Source of the DNA: Tubulanus polymorphus
Lineage: Eukaryota > Animalia > Nemertea
Length of the DNA stretch: 64,000 nt
Direction: 5' to 3'
NCBI RefSeq assembly: GCF_964204645.1
Contig: NC_134032.1
Coordinates: forward strand, 8,172,275 to 8,236,274
Under the pieces are notes generated by a model, which saw nothing but the letters and a program-made list of their open reading frames with translations, was not told where the DNA came from and did not search any database. Made by a program: the position numbers and the translations under genes. This document shows positions 59,419 through 64,000 of the stretch, piece by piece. The stretch's first letter is position 1; each line of letters begins with the position of its first letter.

Positions 59419-62400
59419 CTAAATGAGAGAAAATAACTGAATGCAAAAATTTCTGTCATTGCACAATTTTCTTTTTTTTTTATCAGTAATGACGAATCTT
59501 TCATTTTGTTACATCTTCTCAAGGCGGGTTCAGGTCGTGGCAACTCATGTTCTACTTTCCGCTACGCGATCGTCACCCAGTGCGAGTTGTGAGCAGTTTC
59601 AATCCTTCGAACCCCGAGCTCCCTTGGACGTTCACCACAGGTAAGGATCATAAGTCAGAAAATCTGATTTTATTTCTGTCCGAGTTAGTCAGAAGTTGAA
59701 GTAGGCCGTGTTCGAGGGAGGTGAGGTGCAAATTAAATCGAGATTCCTATGAATTTCAGATTTGCTGGAGATGATTTGAAAATTCTTAGAAGTTCCCCCT
59801 CAGTGTATTGTATAACGGGCATACCGCTACGGTGCGGTGTATCGTTAATCGCTGACATTTCGCTACGTTTGACAGGTGCTGCCATCTTTTAATAGCGATA
59901 AAAGCTAATCACTAATAGCATCGACACACTGTGATGCAGTGTGTGAGCTAAGTCCATCACTGATTCATACACTGCACTACGGTGTAGACACACTGAAAGG
60001 CTTAACTACTTCCAGTTACAATGAAGATATATTCATAATCACAATAGTTTAGTTATACCGGCACTGCCATTTTTGACAGGTTATCCCAGGTAGTGTAGCA
60101 TCGACGCGCGAGTTACAAATCGACCTAAACCTGCCTTCCGAATAACCTTGGGCCCAGTCGCTAAGTCATGACTTTATAGAGTCCAAAAGCGGTCTTCAAT
60201 CTCAAGTCGGTAAGTAATCTTTAGATATAAGTTTGTCTTAGACTGGTCGTAAATCTTAGCCATGACTGTGCGATTGGCCCCGAGTATTGACGAAAATTAT
60301 CTTCAAATTTCTAAACCTTGGTGTCGCGGGAATTAAGTCACTATAAAAGAATTGCGCCTTGAATTTGAGGGGTTGAACGAGTCAATGTACGTAGATACAA
60401 CAAATGTTTTCCAATTGTGAAATTATGACAAATATTATTGGAAAGGTGATGGTCACGTGGAGAAACAACAGGGCTGAAATTGGAAACAAGAAGCGATCGT
60501 CGAGAGAGGCTAGGCTTACGGTAATAATAACGTCCAACGCGAGTTTTTAATTACGTTCAACCGTTCTCATCAGTGAAACTAAAGCACGGTGCTTCTTTGG
60601 CTAGTGAAGATCCACCAGGTGGAGAGTGTGCTGTTTGGGTACACTATCTGGGGGAATAACCGGCGACCTAGATAGAACAAGTATGTCCTACTTTTACGCA
60701 CGCCATCTAGTGGGATTACAGGTGAACTACATAGTGAACGCACATCCGACGTTGAGATACGTCACCACAACTGGTAGCATAGATAGAACTTAAGCATGTC
60801 CTACTTTTATGTACGCCATTTAGTGGAATTATCGGTGAACTAGATAGAGTTGAGAATGTACGTCATCTGGGAGGATAACTATAGCATAGAAAGAACAAGC
60901 ATGTCCTAGTCCGATGGTACACAATATGGTGGGATGACTGATGACCTGGATGGAACATGCCCTGTAAGCCATCTAGTGGGAGAACTGGTGGCACAGCACC
61001 CTCATCAATTAAATGAATTCTCTTCTTTCTCTTTCTTTAACTCAATGGCACTATTTAGGACATCAAAAGCAGGAACAAGATATCTTTTTAGTCCCATGTC
61101 TACTGCACTGCAAGCATACAGCCTGTGCATTGCAACTAGTTAACTGGAATTCAGAGCTGTACACCAATAAATTCTCAATTACAACGAGGCTCACGTTATC
61201 GTCAAACGGGGTGCAGAATTTCAACTTATATCAGCTGAGCTTGACTGTCTAAAATTTTTCAACGAAAACGAAATAATTGGCATCATTGCATCTCAATAAC
61301 ACATGATGAAAACGGCGCGAAAGTTGAACGGCCTATAGCTCCCTCTCAAATCGAGTAATTAAATTTTCGATCATTGATCGTGTAGAGAAAGTATACATCG
61401 ATTATTAGTTATTAATAACATTCATCGTTTTATAATATGATCAAATCAACCGAGCTCCCAACTGTGGAACTGCCAGGTTGACGCACCCACCGACGGGCCG
61501 ACGGGAAGGAAGGAACCGCACTGAAATTCTAATCGCAATGAATATATAGCCGCTGAAAGCTAGAATTGTCTCGGGATAAAAGAAGCGAGTTCCTGCGGTG
61601 ATTAGAGATCTGGAAAAAAGATCGGAAGTAATTTTCTTTTTTTTTTCAAATTTCAAACCGGCGTCGCTGCGTTGTAAAACCAACGCTTGTTGCCGGTGAC
61701 GAGTTATAGTACGTGCTTCAACTGAAATGGACACAATTTTTTGCTAAGTCGCTTTTTAAGCGTCCTTAATTCGGAGGCGGAAGAAAAAAGAACGGGCAGC
61801 CCTGTGTGATCAAATCAAGAGTCGCTCATAATTAAACAGTCATATTGTAGGCAAGGGCAAGGGTTTTACGAGGGTTGCAGATGAGGGTTGCAGATGGTTT
61901 CATCGGAGGTTCTAATAGTGCTACTGCTGGGGCGAGGGTTCCACAAGGGTTGTTAGACTCATTATTGCAGCTGGATCCTTACAGATCAGTCATTCCTGGA
62001 TATAAGGGGTTTTCAAGGAAGCATCCCCATCACGTTCATATGATGAGCATTCCATACAAGGGCTTAGACCACTGTTGTGGCAGGTGAGGGTTCCATGAGG
62101 ATGTCGAGACAAACGGCGCCGGGTACTTAGGCCGCCCCTGTGCACATAAGGCTTCCAAGACCATGGCACTACAGCAAATGAGGTTCCATGGTGGTTTTGA
62201 AGACAACAACCATGGTTAGGTGATGGTACGTAGCACGAGAGTATACTAAGGCTGTCACTTCGCAGGTAGGTGACTGCTGCAGTTCCAGAAGGTTTTTCTA
62301 TTCAATTTTTCGATCGATGACCATTTATGCCATAAATCTTTTTTAAAGACAAGACGAATGAAACTTGTAAAATTATGAGCGAATCTTTTGCGATCTCGGG

Positions 62401-62822
62401 AATGTGGGATATATAGCCATCTATCAGCGATAGGGGTCAGGCTTAATTTCACACAACACCAACACACAAATATTGCCGGCATTTCTCAGCAAAAAATTAT
62501 CGAAGAAAAAAAAAATGAAAGAAAAACAATCTTTTGGCGTTTTTTACTTGAGTCGTCTTTCGAGGGATCGAGGCGTCCGTTCTCAGTGATGATATGACTG
62601 CCACCGACGCCTCCTCCTCCGTTGCCACCGGACCACGCCGAATCATCAGTCGTCGCGTTCGACAATTGCCAAGCTGTGAATGAACGGCAAGAGAACAAAT
62701 TATCAACAACAGCAACAACAACAAAAATAAACATAGCCGCAAAGCAGCGATCAGAGTTTTCAGCATTATTTATGGGTTCCGCGCGGTCCTCACAGATCGG
62801 TCATCCCTGGATATACGGCGAG

Positions 62823-63028
62823 ATTGTTTGGCTTTACGTCGCTTGGACCTTGGTTTCCCTAGACTAACCCTATTGTATTGTTCATTTAACCTCACCACCG
62901 GGCGGCCTTTGAAGTGTTGCCCGCACACTGTAAGCAGCCAGCAGGACTCGAACCTGCTAGTCAGTCAGCACTGATAGTGGATGCAACAGCATCAGTACCT
63001 TATCTCACTGAGCTACCGAGGCCGCTCC
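62823..63028 (-). mobile_element. tRNA-derived SINE, second family
   Basis: A box TAGCTCAGTGAG, B box GGTTCGAGTCC, tail GCGACGTAAAGCCAAACAA. Confidence 0.6.
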
Positions 63029-64000
63029 GTTTTCATGGTGTTACAAAGGAGAGAAAATTTCAAGTGTCCGCATCACTTTCATGCATCCCAATTACAGTAG
63101 ACTCCTCCTAAATCGGTATTGTTTACCTCGGCAAACCATTATTTCAGTACGTTTCAACTTCCTACAGTACACTCAGTTTCTAAATCGGTAACTGGTAAAT
63201 TGGGTATAAAAAATCCACGTCCCAACTGTATCGATTTCCAAATCTACTGTACAATTACGAACATTTCAGATTGCCTATTCTCAAAATTGAAGGAGTTTTA
63301 AAGGGGTTTTGGGCATTTTGTCCAAATTAAAGGAGTTTACCAAGCACCTTGAAAAGCATTTTCCATTTTTTAAAGAATCAAGGAGCTGTATAGTGACCCT
63401 GGCGTTAGCAGAGTTATATATAGGCCTACATGCCTAACAGAACTGATCAGTTCATATCTTTTATAATCAAGCTCCATTCAGCCTTGGCTTATGCCAAAAT
63501 GGATTGGAGATATCCACGTTTTAGACCGTATTCTAATTAGGATCCTGTGCTGCACACTTTTGGCTATCCCGCAACTGGATGGCGCGTGTAACCGTCGAAA
63601 TGAAGTCAATTTTCAATTGGGCCTATACCTACATTGATCCTCAGGGTTCGTAGAGGCCTAATGCGCGCAAGATATTTGATACAATCAAAACATTTACAAC
63701 ATTCAAAAAAATTTCCCCATTTTAGTAGGTTTTGATTAGGCCTATGCAAGAATTGCATCATTCAACATAATTAAGACAATGTAATTGTAACAATTGTGAA
63801 TCTTGTGGGCAAAAGTTAAATAGTCGTATTAATTAAACGGGTTTCGAATTATCCAAATCAGGATTGATATAAAAAGCTTGGCTGAAAATCATCGTACTTT
63901 TAAACTGGATTCGTCATTAGCAGAGATGAGAACGCCGACTAAAAATCATCACCCAGTAGTGTATAATATCTGAAGGCGTTCGCCACACACTCGCGGCAAC

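Noticed and set aside
59560-59646. Plus-strand CAG|GTAAGG donor suggesting an antisense transcript to Argonaute
   Set aside because: A single splice-like motif with no other support.

Overview
Animal genomic DNA, probably from a marine invertebrate (inferred from the repeat families). The window holds five main blocks. (1) 1-3626: 3' part of a decayed BEL/Pao LTR retrotransposon. (2) 5589-23299: a complete, very AT-rich 17.7-kb Polinton/Maverick (adintovirus-like endogenous virus). It has 400-bp TIRs, a 6-bp TSD, pPolB, integrase, packaging ATPase, major and minor capsid genes and several membrane-protein genes, but no recognisable protease. (3) 24844-25794: an intronless rhodopsin-class GPCR. 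(4) 36845 to beyond 59418, minus strand: a miRNA-class Argonaute gene with 18 coding exons traced in phase. (5) 46735-52830: a full-length DIRS1-type tyrosine-recombinase retrotransposon inside an Argonaute intron. MITEs, SINEs, a Helentron-type element, a Penelope remnant with hammerhead ribozymes and minisatellites are scattered between them. The most striking observation is that almost every Polinton gene starts in TAAATG, preceded at fixed spacing by either a T-run or an A-run. This matches poxvirus late and intermediate promoter architecture and suggests a virophage-like element transcribed by a poxvirus-like helper (inference). Also notable: each Polinton end is a ~207-nt fold-back hairpin, the Argonaute has Ser in place of a catalytic Asp (YRSG instead of YRDG), and the DIRS element ends 17 nt from an Argonaute exon and offers an in-frame splice trap. 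All calls come from reading the sequence by eye; no database searches were run.
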